From Octopus bimaculoides (Eukaryota), in the NCBI RefSeq assembly GCF_001194135.2, contig NC_069007.1:7228768-7269419 (forward strand): a stretch of 40,652 nt of DNA, read 5' to 3'. Position 1 is the stretch's first letter. Each line of letters begins with the position of its first letter. The notes beneath the pieces are model-generated. The model was not told the origin of the DNA. It saw only the letters and a list, made by a program, of their open reading frames with translations, and searched no databases. Shown in pieces: positions 11,103-22,074 of the stretch. The translations under genes were made by a program, and so were the position numbers.

Positions 11103-12499
11103 TTAACTTTGGATATCCTTGTTGCTTATTTTGATATGTATATATATATATATATATATAAGATGGTCAGCTGGCAGAACTGTTAGCGCATCAGACAAAC
11201 TACTCTGTGGTATTTTTTCTGGCTCTTTTGTTCTGGGGTTAATAAAATAGGTACCAGTTGAGCACTGGAGCCAACGTAATCAAATTTCCCCTTCCCCTCA
11301 AAACTGTTAACCTTGTGCCAACATCAGAAAGAATTATTTATAACTTTATCCACTTTGAGTTATACTGTTAATAAATGAATTATTTCACATTCTCTTGAAG
11401 TTTCTAACTTTTTTTGACATAGCTTGTGGAAGTTTATAAAGCTGATGCAACACACACCTCTTTTTTCTCCCAAGTGTCTGTGAAAAAAACCATATAAACA
11501 AAGCCATTTTAAAAAAACAAGTAGTTCTTGGTTTTATTACAGTCCATCCTGGGTTTAACTTGTTGAATGTGAATTACTTTGTAAAACTTTGCTTTGTGTT
11601 AAACATTGCTTTGTGTTAAACATTGCTTTAAGGAATAAAGGCTTCAATGAAAATTGTAAACTTGTCTCAGAATCTGTGAATTATTCAGTCTTCTTAACTT
11701 TCTGCTGTTTTTACAAACCATTGACCTATTATTAGGTGGTTCCGGTACCATATCAGTTTTTTGTGCTAGAAGAGACTACTAGACCATTCTCTATCTTTGG
11801 AGAAAGGGACTCTTTAAGTGTTTCCCCATGACCCTTCTCATGGTGCAATGTTACCAATTCCTGCAGTCTCAGGTTCTTTTACTTTAGCCTCAGGTTGGCT
11901 CATGTTTTGTAAGTGAAATTGTGCAGAAGTCTGTGGGAAGAATTGAACCCGTAATTCTAAGATCCAGTCTTGTCACATACTGAATCCCATTGAGTCTTAA
12001 TTGAGAACTACATCAAAAGTAAAATACATATATCTGTGGAATATTCAGCCACTTATGCATTAATTCATTGAAATTGCTTGGTCACCTGACAGCATGGCCG
12101 CAGTCAAATGACTGAAACAAGTAAAAGAGAAAAAGAGTAAAAAGTATCAAATTTGGATCGGACACACACACGTATGAGTGTGTATTTGTGTTTGTCTCCC
12201 AGAACTGCTTGACAAACGGTATTGATTTGTTTACCTAGCCATTCAGCAAAACGAGACTGACAGAATAGGTACCAGGCTTTAAAAAAAGGTACTGGCGTCG
12301 ATTCATTCGACCAGAAATCCTTCACGGCAGATAAAAAAAAAAAAAAAGAATTATGTCTTTTTCAGAAAGTTACGCCGAAATAAAATCGGTAGCAAACCAA
12401 TCTGAAGTCATGTCATACGTGAATCAATACGAATTAATGTGCTTTTTCTTTTTTTCTCTCATTCATTTCATTTTATTTTGAAATGCTGGGATGAGAACC

Positions 12500-12640
12500 G
12501 CCCATTACTTGGTTTTGCTCCGAGGAGAAAACGAAATGACGAAACTAAGGGAGGTGACTCTAAATTGTTTATGTATTAAATGCGGAAATGGCGGCAAATG
12601 TCAGCTCAGCCTCGTGGTTCCGTCAAAAACACCAGGTAAA
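12500..12640 (+). promoter_or_regulatory. Probable ATR promoter / first-exon region
   Basis: Locally CpG-rich. CGGAAATGGCGGC at 12583-12595 overlaps an ETS-like CGGAA and a YY1-like AAATGGCGGC; candidate donor CAG|GTAAAC at 12635/12636. Confidence 0.5.
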
Positions 12641-12980
12641 CACTGAGTTAATATAAACTAAAAAAAACATTCTCTAAATAGGATCGTAATGTTGGGACAT
12701 CGGCAAAAATCTTAGCCGAGTACCTTTCAGAAGGAAAACGAACCTTGCTTTCATTTAATTTATTTATTTTGTCTTGTGTTGTCTTTCTGTTCAAATAAGA
12801 ATCTTTTGTTAATGATGTGATGTAGCTTTAAAAAGCCTTACGATGATTTCTTTTTAAATTATTGATGGAGGAAAATGAACAGTTCTTGATTAATTCTTCT
12901 CGATAGTCTTTTGAAAGAGTGATATAATAATAAATTCATACACACTCAACAGAAAGTGTCATATTTTCATTCTAATCGTC

Positions 12981-15900
12981 ATGGCATCTACTATGGATTT
13001 CAATCTGTTGTTAGAATTACTCAAGAAATACAAGACCACCAGCGACACAAGTCAATTGACACATGCCATGTTACATATTGGTCAGTCTCTCTATGATCTC
13101 GACTCGGTGGCCAAAAAACTTGCCGGCCCCACTGCATCTATGTGTCATTTCTTGCTGAAAATTACCTCAGACATCTTAGACGAGTTTAAATTTACCAAGA
13201 ACCAGCAGCCTAGCCAAGACTCACCTGACGAATGTGAAGCATTTATGTATTGGTTCACATCCCAGCTTCTCAGCCTCTTCACTCACCCCGGCTGCCACCA
13301 GCTCCATCCGAAATGTGTCACCTTGATTGTCCAGTTTCTTAATAGTTTGAAGATAAACGAACCTTACCTGTACCATAAAATCCTTGAGAAACTGGCCTGT
13401 TGTCTTAGTGAACTTGCAGTCTCTGAGTCTTCTGGATTGGAATCTACCGACGAAAATAAACCGATTGTTTTGAATCTTTTTAACGTAGATTTACGCCTGA
13501 TTTCTAATTTTTTACCTCCGTCTGAACAGAACACAGAAATACGCCAAGCTGTTATTAAACTGGGTTGTGAGTCATGTGAGATCCTGCAAGGCAATTTGAC
13601 GTTAGTGTTCTCACAACAGGTTAGATACTTAAATGGCGGGTGGAATACTCGACTGCTGTCTGTTTTGTGTCCCAGTCTTTTAGCCCAGATCGAATATGGA
13701 GACGTCCCATTGAAAGCTGCTTCGTTACAAGTTATTGAACAGTTGTTGCTTCTTCATGGCATACCGGAATTTGAGCAGTTGGAGTATCTTGTAGCAGTTC
13801 TGGTAGCGATTCCACCGATGATGTATGGAGACCAGGCAGAACTAACATCAAAAGAATTGTCTCTAATGGAGACGGCCTATGTTAAGACCCTTAATGCCCT
13901 ACTCAAAGCTGATTCTTCTGGTATTGGCAATCATTTAGACATAGCTAATTTGGACCTCATGTTAAACAAGTTTATAGAATTTATGAGTCTTTGTGGATGG
14001 CTTCAGAAGTTGCAGCAAGAACCATCTGCTGATATGTGTAGTGCTGTCAGCTCATTTCTCAACCATATTTTGACTAAGTTAAAGCAAATTCAAAATATAT
14101 TTGATTCAGTTTACAGCCCAGTTATTAACGTTTTAAAGGAGAAGCTATGTCATTTGCTTGGCAGGGTTTACAACAAAGAATTTTTGGTGCAGAACTTATG
14201 TTTGTTGGTGTCTTGGGAAATGGAATCCTCTTGTCTCAATGAAAATGATTTGTCTAAGGAAACTGAAGAACATCAGCCCAAAAAAGCTAAATTGCCATAT
14301 CTCCCTCATTTGAAAAGCAAAACCAGCAACAATAGCAGGAAAAAAATAACTCCAGAAGATAAATCAAAACTGTTCATGGAAATCAAGCGGAAGCTAGAAA
14401 TGTTCAAAGGAAAGTCACACAACGACAGCAGTGGGGTGTTGTGTATGTTAACTGGTGTACAGGTTATTGTGGAAGTATCAGTACTGTTATTCCATTCTTT
14501 CAAAGACAATCCTTTGCAGAAGAAAACTAAAGACGGTCAACCAAAAGTTTACAGTACTGACCAGAAATTCACAGAATGGCTCTCTAAAGAGGAATTAACA
14601 GAAATCTCTTATCTATGGAAGAATTTGTTTTCTCTTTGCACAAGTCTTCAGAATGCTGATGAATCTAAGGTCAAGGAACTTTTGAATTGTAGTCTTCAGG
14701 TAATTGCAAAATCTGTTGCTGCTTTGTTGATTGTGAAAGATTTCAGTGCTGCAGTGCCGGAATTGGTAAGTGAGTTTGTTGTGTTACTTTCTTTACCATG
14801 GCTTGCCAACAATGCTTCCTGGCTTGATCTACATTCAGCTGACCTGAAACCAATGTTGGAGATCAGTGGCCGATTGTCTCCGCTCTTAGATGACCTCACA
14901 TGCCAAATATGTATGGAAGTTTTGTGCTGGATCCCCAAATATATTGCTGGTCAGTGGCGTTGTCACATCTACAAATCAGTTTTAGCTAATAATTTAAGCC
15001 TTCCGTTGATACTGCAGGGAATTCGCTCCTCTGTTGTTTTATTACATACTCTTGGAGACAACTATGCTCACCTCATGACTGAGTTGATCTTGCCATTATT
15101 TAACATGAAGAATCCCACTGTTGACAACAGTTTGGCATCAGTGTTTGGTGAACTTGTTTGTGTTCTGTCAGGAGAGACTGAAATTTGCCAGAGTAATTCA
15201 TTTGACTCAAATGGTGGTGAAGTAAACATCTTTGACCTTTTCAAGTTGAAATGTAAGCAGTGTGATGATGCTAAGACAAGTCATAAGATGTTGGTCAGTC
15301 AGACCAAGTTGCCGATCATACAGGAGATGTTTGTTTGTTTTTCTGGTTACAAAGACATCAGTGATACAGCATATCGGACGGCTCTTGCACACAGTCTGCT
15401 TCGTGTCTATAACCACGTAGAGATAAAACTCACTGAACACTGGGCTCTTAACTTGCTAAATTACTCACTGCAATTAATTAATGATCCAGATTACGATATT
15501 TGCATTTTATTCAGCAACTGCTGTTGGCATCTGATCAAAGTCTCTGGTCTTGATGTTGCAAATATTGTCTTTGAGAAACTGAAGAATTCTTTGGCAGATT
15601 TAAAAGACACGAAAAGTGTGAAGCTACAGAAATCGATCCTGATGACAGTTGGGCTGCTTGGTAAATATTCAAGTGGTCCTCTTCTCTTGGACGTCACTCT
15701 GTTCCTTTTGGAAAACATAGTTTCTGATGTTCCTGTCTCCAGCGCTGTGGCCTACATGCAACTTCAGGGCATTTCAAGAGCTAAAAAAGCAGGTGAGAAA
15801 CCTTTTAATATATTTATGAATTACCAACAACCTATCTGTATGTTCCTGGTCAAGACAATGGATGAATCCTGTAAATTAAACATTGGTAAAACAGCTGAAC

Positions 15901-18900
15901 AGAAACTGAAAGAGGTCAGTAATGTGTTTGATTATGTGGACATCAGAGCCTTCATACATAGCACCGAGAGATTTCTACTTCCCCAATTGGTTGCTATGGC
16001 TTCCCCGACAGCATCATCTCTGATAAAGCTTCTTGCTACACTTTTACAAGTGCCAAGTCGCAAGAAGCTACTAATTTCTTCCACGAAATACATTTTTTCT
16101 TATCTCATTCGACATCACAATGAACAGGAAATTGCAAAAGCCCTCCAGTTCCATTTTGCCGAGACTGAAATTGAGCTAACTTACCTGCTTCGCATTGACT
16201 TCCAACGAGTCCATAACGAACTCCTGCTCTACCTGAGTACTAATTATGCTGAAGTCTTCAAAGGTTTACAGCGTCTCTGCTCCTATGATGATTTCTATCG
16301 TGGACAGATAGCCACGACAGAAGATATGGCCAACTATCTCCAACCTCGATTACTTGGAATTTTGGCTTTCTTCGATTCTCAATTATTGATATCTAGCATT
16401 CCAATTGAAGAGAAAAGACTCACGTTGGATAGTTTAAATTCCATCATCCAGCTAATGGGAGCAAAACACATCACTTTTGTGAGATACAAAATTATGAATA
16501 CACTCCGAATTAGTCTACGATTTGATGAGAAAGATTTCCTGGCAATAGCTTGTCAAGCGTGGAACTCGTTCATTCGAAGCGTGGAATTGCCAGCTCTGGG
16601 TGACATGTTGTCACCGATATCTGCCACTCTTTTACCGTTGATTCAACAACTTCCTGCACAATCTGCTGAGATCTTCAACTACCTCATCATCGAGAACAAA
16701 GACGCTTTGTGTAGTCACTTCCAAGAAATATATTTTTTACCCGACATTCCAGAATTGTCCAATGTGAATTATGTTTTGAAACAATATTCCAGTAGTCTTT
16801 CTAGCCAATCAGACTTAAGAACAAAGATAACTCATACGTTACGTGGTGTGACACACGAAAGCTTGGATGTCCAAATTCATGCTTTGTCAAATTTGAGGAA
16901 TTTACTTCACAGCAGTCAAAGACAACTGCATCAGTACATGCTTGACAACGAAACTGCAGATCCAATAGTATCGCAGTTGATCTCTGTGCTTTTGTCTGTT
17001 TGCAAAGTTCCGGATCACAGGGTTCGATGTCTGATTGGAGATTGTCTTGGAGAGATTGGTGCTATCGATCCTGGACGCCTCGAGTTGACGTCAAATAATC
17101 CAAAAGAAGAAATGGCCAAATTCCAAGCAAGTACTGAAGACGATAATTTTGCTATTGGAATTATAAATGAAATAATCCGTGCTTTTCTTGCAGCTACTGA
17201 AACGAGGGTGCAGGATTGTGCATCACTAGCTTTGCAAGATCTTTTGCAAATTTATAAAATAAGTGACAAACCTGAAGAAAATAACGAGCATGGTTCTGAA
17301 CGAAGACTTTGGAATCGTTTTCCAGAGCATGTCCAAGAAATATTACAACCTTTGCTTAATTCCAAGTATATTTCATCATCATCTTTTAGCTGGGATAATC
17401 TTCAGAAACCAATTTATGGCAGCATGAAGGGCAGCAAGTACAAGGAATGGATATGTATCTGGACCACTTATTTGTCTTCAAGAGTCCAGCAGAACCACCC
17501 ATTACGTGTGTTTCAAGTATGCAGTCCTATAACACGATATGATCCTTCAATTGCTTTATATATACTGCCACATGTTGTCACGCAAGTCTTGCTAGATGGC
17601 ACTGAAGGGGACATCCAAGACATCTATAATGAGATCATGGAAGTGTTGCACCAAATAAGGAAGTCGGACACTCGACAGGGTAGTGTAACTGATATGCGCC
17701 ACATGTGTGCCCAAACTATTTTCTCTGTTCTTGATTATTTATCGAAATGGAGGACAAACAGGGCACAGCTTAAGGTAGCTGAAATGCCTATATCTAAGGA
17801 ACCAGTGTATCTCAAAGACTCCAGTTACAGAACAGTAAATGCGTTCTTGAATCACATCCCACAAGATGTTCTTGCAGAAGCTTGCTTCAATTGCAATGCA
17901 TTCACACGTGCATTGATGCACTTTGAACATTTCATCAGAAACAACGATTGCAATATCCAACAACATCTCGATCTGTTGCAACGCATCTATGTTGCTTTAG
18001 ACGAACACGATGGCGTAGCAGGAGTTGCGGCCATTCGGCAAGCACAGCCGACCCTTGTGCAACAGATTTTAGCCCATCAGAGTATTGGCCAGTACCAAGA
18101 TGCGGAGGCTTGTTACGAAAGAGCTGTTCAGTTAGAACCTGAAGAAATCTCTCATCACCATGGTTGGCTGCGGAGTTTGATGGAATTGGGTCAGCTGAAC
18201 AAAGCTCTTCTTCATGCTGATGGCATCATTGCTAACCATCCTTCATGGAGCACACAACTGAACACCTATCGTGTTGAGGCCACATCTAAACTCGGAGATT
18301 GGAGCAAACTGGAATCTTATGTGAAGCTGGAGAAAGAAAGCAACGACTGGGTTGTGAGCTTGGGGAAAATTCTTTTGGCCATCAAGGACCGACACGAAGA
18401 GAGCTATCAGAAGCATATGAATAGTGCATGTATAGAAATAATGGGGCCGTTATCGGCAGCTAGCATGGAAAGTTTCTCATATCTTCGAGGTTATGAATAC
18501 ATTGTACGATTACATATGCTCAATGAGATTGAGCAGGCGAAAAAAATTATATTTGACTCCAAGACTCTGCTCAAACGGAGCAAAAGCAAGCAACAAAGTT
18601 CATCTGATTCTGTGAGCCTCGATGAACTCTTATTGCAGTGGGATGCACGTTCAAAGCTGATGCAGTCTCCTTTTCGCATCCAGGAACCTGTACTCACTTT
18701 ACGACGTACCCTCATCACACTGGAAAGCTGTTCCAATTGTTCCCCGCAGATAGGGAAATGGCTCCTCGATACAGCAACAGCTGCCCGTGAAGCCGGTTAT
18801 CTCCAAACAGCATATGGCTCCCTCATTCAAGCAGCTTCCTCCAATCTGCCTGAATATTGCCTGGAGAAAGCTAAATGGTTCTGGGAAAAGGGGCAGAATG

Positions 18901-20960
18901 ATCAAGCTCTCTCCTGCCTTGAAAAAGGCATGGCCGAGCATTTCCCTGATCTGAATCAACTGAAAAGAGACATGTCAAGGAGCTCCAAAAAAAAACTGTT
19001 CACCTATGCTCAGGCGCAGTTGTTGTACACACATTACTGCGACGAGACTTCCAACACGGATAGCAACACTGTACTGAAGCAGTATCGTGATGTCACAGAC
19101 TCATGTTCGGAATGGGAAGATGGCTACTTCTTCCTTGCTAAATACTATGACAAAATGAAGAACAACTTGATAGACGACAACGAAAACTCAGTGAAGCAAG
19201 GAGAGTTCAATATATTTGTTGTGAAGAATTACGGGACATCACTGCAGTACGGAAATCAATACATTTATCAATCTCTTCCAAGGCTTCTTAGTCTGTGGCT
19301 GGATTATGGTTCAACTGTTGTTCAGTCAGAGCTCCGTGACCAGACATCTAATCAAACATCGCACATACAAAAATTGCAGTCTCAGAAAACCATTCTGCAG
19401 AATTTGAATAAAGTGATCGAACAAATAAGTCGCAAACTGGCACCGTATCAACTCTTCACGGCTTTTTCACAGCTCATCTCTCGCATCTGTCATGCAAACT
19501 CAGACGTGTTTCGCCACCTGGTGAAAATAATTGCAAAACTACTGTATACATTCCCTGCTCAAGCTGTTTGGATGTTGATGGCTGTCTCAAAATCGTCCTA
19601 TCCAAAACGAGTAAAGAGATGCCAAGAGATATTCAACCAAGCGAAACTGATGAAGGAAGAACTTGGCAAGTTCTTACTCGATGCCAATAAACTTACAGAA
19701 CGTCTGCTGGAATTGTCTGAGCGCCACTGTCCAGACACTCAGCCTTTGAGTTTGTCCCTACACTTCAAGTCACTAAAACGTCTCCTTGATGACCCTAATT
19801 TCAGCAATATAATTGTCCCCTTGCAATCTTCAATGACGGTTACTTTACCCATGACGAAAACTGATAATAAAGTCGACCATGATCCTTTCCCGGGTGACAC
19901 TGTTTACATCAGCAGTTTTGAAGATACAATTGAGATCTTACCTTCATTACAGAAACCAAAGAAGATCACAATCAAAGGTAGTGATGGTCACCTGTATGTA
20001 ATGATGTGTAAACCAAAGGACGACTTGAGAAAGGATTGTCGTTTGATGGAGTTTACTACGATCGTCAACAAGTTCCTACGCAAAGACCCTGAGGCCAGAA
20101 AGCGACAGCTTCATATACGCACGTACACTGTGATTCCACTGAACGAAGAATGCGGCATCATAGAATGGGTGAACAACACAAGTGGTCTGCAGTATATATT
20201 ACGCAAATTGTACCGCGAAAAGGGGTTACAAATCAGTAATCGGGAGTTGAAGAATCACATCCCAGCTCTTCAGGCACCGCTTGAAAGGAAACTAGAACTG
20301 TTCAAAATGCTCCTTAATCTTCATCCCAGCGTGTTCTACGAATGGTTCCTGCGGACATTTCCAGACCCGACAGCTTGGTACAATTCTAGACTGGCATACG
20401 CCCGAACCTCTGCTGTGATGGACATGGTTGGGTATATCCTTGGACTTGGGGACAGACACGGTGAGAACATACTGATGGACTCCACAACCGGTGACTGTGT
20501 CCATGTCGATTTCAATTGTCTCTTCAATAAAGGGGAGACGTTCGAGTGGCCCGAGCGCGTACCATTCCGCTTGACCAACAACATGGTCAAAGCTATGGGA
20601 CCAATGGGATATGAAGGAATTTTCCGACAGGCATGTGAAGTGACCCTTAAAATACTACGGAACCAAATGGACCCTCTGATGAGTGTCCTAAAACCATTTA
20701 TTTATGACCCTCTTGTTGAGTGGCAGAAACTGACCAAGGGCCAAAGATCACACCAAGTCAGTTCTGGTGAGATTACCAATGAGCAAGCAATGACCCATGT
20801 CCAAATGATTGAGCATCGCATGAGAGGGATCCACGCATCAAAGACGAAACCAAGGGGCCTGCCCTTATCTGTTGAGGGTCAGGTCAACTATTTAATTCAT
20901 GAGGCAACCAATGAAAAACTCTTGTGCCAGATGTATATTGGATGGGCCCCATACTTGTAG
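12981..20960 (+). CDS. ATR: Serine/threonine kinase ATR (PIKK family), single-exon ORF of 2659 aa
   Basis: Uninterrupted ORF with N-terminal HEAT-like helical region, UME-like segment, FAT domain, kinase motifs MMCKPKDDLRKD (from 20001), GLGDRHGENIL (DRHGEN 20451-20468), HVDFNCLFNKG and PERVPFRLT, and FATC end LCQMYIGWAPYL. Length is close to human ATR (2644 aa). Confidence 0.97.
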   Translation: MASTMDFNLLLELLKKYKTTSDTSQLTHAMLHIGQSLYDLDSVAKKLAGPTASMCHFLLKITSDILDEFKFTKNQQPSQDSPDECEAFMYWFTSQLLSLFTHPGCHQLHPKCVTLIVQFLNSLKINEPYLYHKILEKLACCLSELAVSESSGLESTDENKPIVLNLFNVDLRLISNFLPPSEQNTEIRQAVIKLGCESCEILQGNLTLVFSQQVRYLNGGWNTRLLSVLCPSLLAQIEYGDVPLKAASLQVIEQLLLLHGIPEFEQLEYLVAVLVAIPPMMYGDQAELTSKELSLMETAYVKTLNALLKADSSGIGNHLDIANLDLMLNKFIEFMSLCGWLQKLQQEPSADMCSAVSSFLNHILTKLKQIQNIFDSVYSPVINVLKEKLCHLLGRVYNKEFLVQNLCLLVSWEMESSCLNENDLSKETEEHQPKKAKLPYLPHLKSKTSNNSRKKITPEDKSKLFMEIKRKLEMFKGKSHNDSSGVLCMLTGVQVIVEVSVLLFHSFKDNPLQKKTKDGQPKVYSTDQKFTEWLSKEELTEISYLWKNLFSLCTSLQNADESKVKELLNCSLQVIAKSVAALLIVKDFSAAVPELVSEFVVLLSLPWLANNASWLDLHSADLKPMLEISGRLSPLLDDLTCQICMEVLCWIPKYIAGQWRCHIYKSVLANNLSLPLILQGIRSSVVLLHTLGDNYAHLMTELILPLFNMKNPTVDNSLASVFGELVCVLSGETEICQSNSFDSNGGEVNIFDLFKLKCKQCDDAKTSHKMLVSQTKLPIIQEMFVCFSGYKDISDTAYRTALAHSLLRVYNHVEIKLTEHWALNLLNYSLQLINDPDYDICILFSNCCWHLIKVSGLDVANIVFEKLKNSLADLKDTKSVKLQKSILMTVGLLGKYSSGPLLLDVTLFLLENIVSDVPVSSAVAYMQLQGISRAKKAGEKPFNIFMNYQQPICMFLVKTMDESCKLNIGKTAEQKLKEVSNVFDYVDIRAFIHSTERFLLPQLVAMASPTASSLIKLLATLLQVPSRKKLLISSTKYIFSYLIRHHNEQEIAKALQFHFAETEIELTYLLRIDFQRVHNELLLYLSTNYAEVFKGLQRLCSYDDFYRGQIATTEDMANYLQPRLLGILAFFDSQLLISSIPIEEKRLTLDSLNSIIQLMGAKHITFVRYKIMNTLRISLRFDEKDFLAIACQAWNSFIRSVELPALGDMLSPISATLLPLIQQLPAQSAEIFNYLIIENKDALCSHFQEIYFLPDIPELSNVNYVLKQYSSSLSSQSDLRTKITHTLRGVTHESLDVQIHALSNLRNLLHSSQRQLHQYMLDNETADPIVSQLISVLLSVCKVPDHRVRCLIGDCLGEIGAIDPGRLELTSNNPKEEMAKFQASTEDDNFAIGIINEIIRAFLAATETRVQDCASLALQDLLQIYKISDKPEENNEHGSERRLWNRFPEHVQEILQPLLNSKYISSSSFSWDNLQKPIYGSMKGSKYKEWICIWTTYLSSRVQQNHPLRVFQVCSPITRYDPSIALYILPHVVTQVLLDGTEGDIQDIYNEIMEVLHQIRKSDTRQGSVTDMRHMCAQTIFSVLDYLSKWRTNRAQLKVAEMPISKEPVYLKDSSYRTVNAFLNHIPQDVLAEACFNCNAFTRALMHFEHFIRNNDCNIQQHLDLLQRIYVALDEHDGVAGVAAIRQAQPTLVQQILAHQSIGQYQDAEACYERAVQLEPEEISHHHGWLRSLMELGQLNKALLHADGIIANHPSWSTQLNTYRVEATSKLGDWSKLESYVKLEKESNDWVVSLGKILLAIKDRHEESYQKHMNSACIEIMGPLSAASMESFSYLRGYEYIVRLHMLNEIEQAKKIIFDSKTLLKRSKSKQQSSSDSVSLDELLLQWDARSKLMQSPFRIQEPVLTLRRTLITLESCSNCSPQIGKWLLDTATAAREAGYLQTAYGSLIQAASSNLPEYCLEKAKWFWEKGQNDQALSCLEKGMAEHFPDLNQLKRDMSRSSKKKLFTYAQAQLLYTHYCDETSNTDSNTVLKQYRDVTDSCSEWEDGYFFLAKYYDKMKNNLIDDNENSVKQGEFNIFVVKNYGTSLQYGNQYIYQSLPRLLSLWLDYGSTVVQSELRDQTSNQTSHIQKLQSQKTILQNLNKVIEQISRKLAPYQLFTAFSQLISRICHANSDVFRHLVKIIAKLLYTFPAQAVWMLMAVSKSSYPKRVKRCQEIFNQAKLMKEELGKFLLDANKLTERLLELSERHCPDTQPLSLSLHFKSLKRLLDDPNFSNIIVPLQSSMTVTLPMTKTDNKVDHDPFPGDTVYISSFEDTIEILPSLQKPKKITIKGSDGHLYVMMCKPKDDLRKDCRLMEFTTIVNKFLRKDPEARKRQLHIRTYTVIPLNEECGIIEWVNNTSGLQYILRKLYREKGLQISNRELKNHIPALQAPLERKLELFKMLLNLHPSVFYEWFLRTFPDPTAWYNSRLAYARTSAVMDMVGYILGLGDRHGENILMDSTTGDCVHVDFNCLFNKGETFEWPERVPFRLTNNMVKAMGPMGYEGIFRQACEVTLKILRNQMDPLMSVLKPFIYDPLVEWQKLTKGQRSHQVSSGEITNEQAMTHVQMIEHRMRGIHASKTKPRGLPLSVEGQVNYLIHEATNEKLLCQMYIGWAPYL

Positions 20961-21279
20961 AAAAACACTGGTTCTGCTCAAATTATTCTCCTTCCCAATA
21001 ATTGCAAAAGGGAAATTTATTAATGAATGAATATCCTCAACAAAAGTAATGAGATCTTCCACTGCATAATGAACTGTTCCATATGAAAAAAAGGACTTGT
21101 ATAAAAAAAAAAAAATTCCTTTCTGTTTCGCATACATGTATATACGTAAAACCACACTCAACAAGCACATGCAGACATACACACAGACTAATATACATAC
21201 AACTGTATACATATACATGTTCAGTGAGCACATACTAACATGCACAAATACAGACATGTATATGTGTGTGTATACATAT

Positions 21280-21311
<32 letters not shown>

Positions 21312-21581
21312 NNNNNNNNNNNNNNNNNNNNNNNNNNNNNNNNNNNNNNNNNNNNNNNNNNNNNNNNNNNNNNNNNNNNNNNNNNNNNNNNNNNNNNNNN
21401 NNNNNNNNNNNNNNNNNNNNNNNNNNNNNNNNNNNNNNNNNNNNNNNNNNNNNNNNNNNNNNNNNNNNNNNNNNNNNNNNNNNNNNNNNNNNNNNNNNNN
21501 NNNNNNNNNNNNNNNNNNNNNNNNNNNNNNNNNNNNNNNNNNNNNNNNNNNNNNNNNNNNNNNNNNNNNNNNNNNNNNNNN

Positions 21582-21615
<34 letters not shown>

Positions 21616-22074
21616 GTAGATACACAAATACTTTCACATGCACTAATACACATAAACATATACACACAAAGATGCTCATATATGCATGTGTATACACACA
21701 CACACATACACACAAACAATCACCAATGCCATGTTGCTTTCTTGAAAAAAAAAAAATTGTCATATTTTGGAAAACAAAAACTATTTTTATATTGAAATAA
21801 ATCCAGATTGTTCTGATGAGTTTATTAGTGACATCTCTCTCATACATCTTTCCTGTTAGTTTTCTCATCCTTTCTACCTTCCATACTTCTCTCTCTGCCT
21901 GTCTTCTCACCTTCCTCTCTACCTTTCATATACTCTTTCTCTGTCTCTCACACATCTTCACCTGTCTGTCTTTTCATCCTCTCTCTTTCATACACTCGTT
22001 TTCTTTCTCTCTCTCTCTCTCTCTTATGTACCTTTAATCCTTTCCCTCTCACATATACTTTTTTTTTGGACCTG

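Noticed and set aside
11589-11629. 17-bp tandem duplication (ttgctttgtgttaaaca x2)
   Set aside because: Ordinary slippage duplication; no spacers, so not CRISPR-like.
18930-19010. No obvious equivalent of the human ATR T1989 autophosphorylation site
   Set aside because: This FAT-domain loop is, to my recollection, poorly conserved outside mammals, so its absence is uninformative.
13364-20590. Short antisense and alternate-frame ORFs within ATR
   Set aside because: 60-90 aa, no motifs; expected shadows of a long coding sequence.
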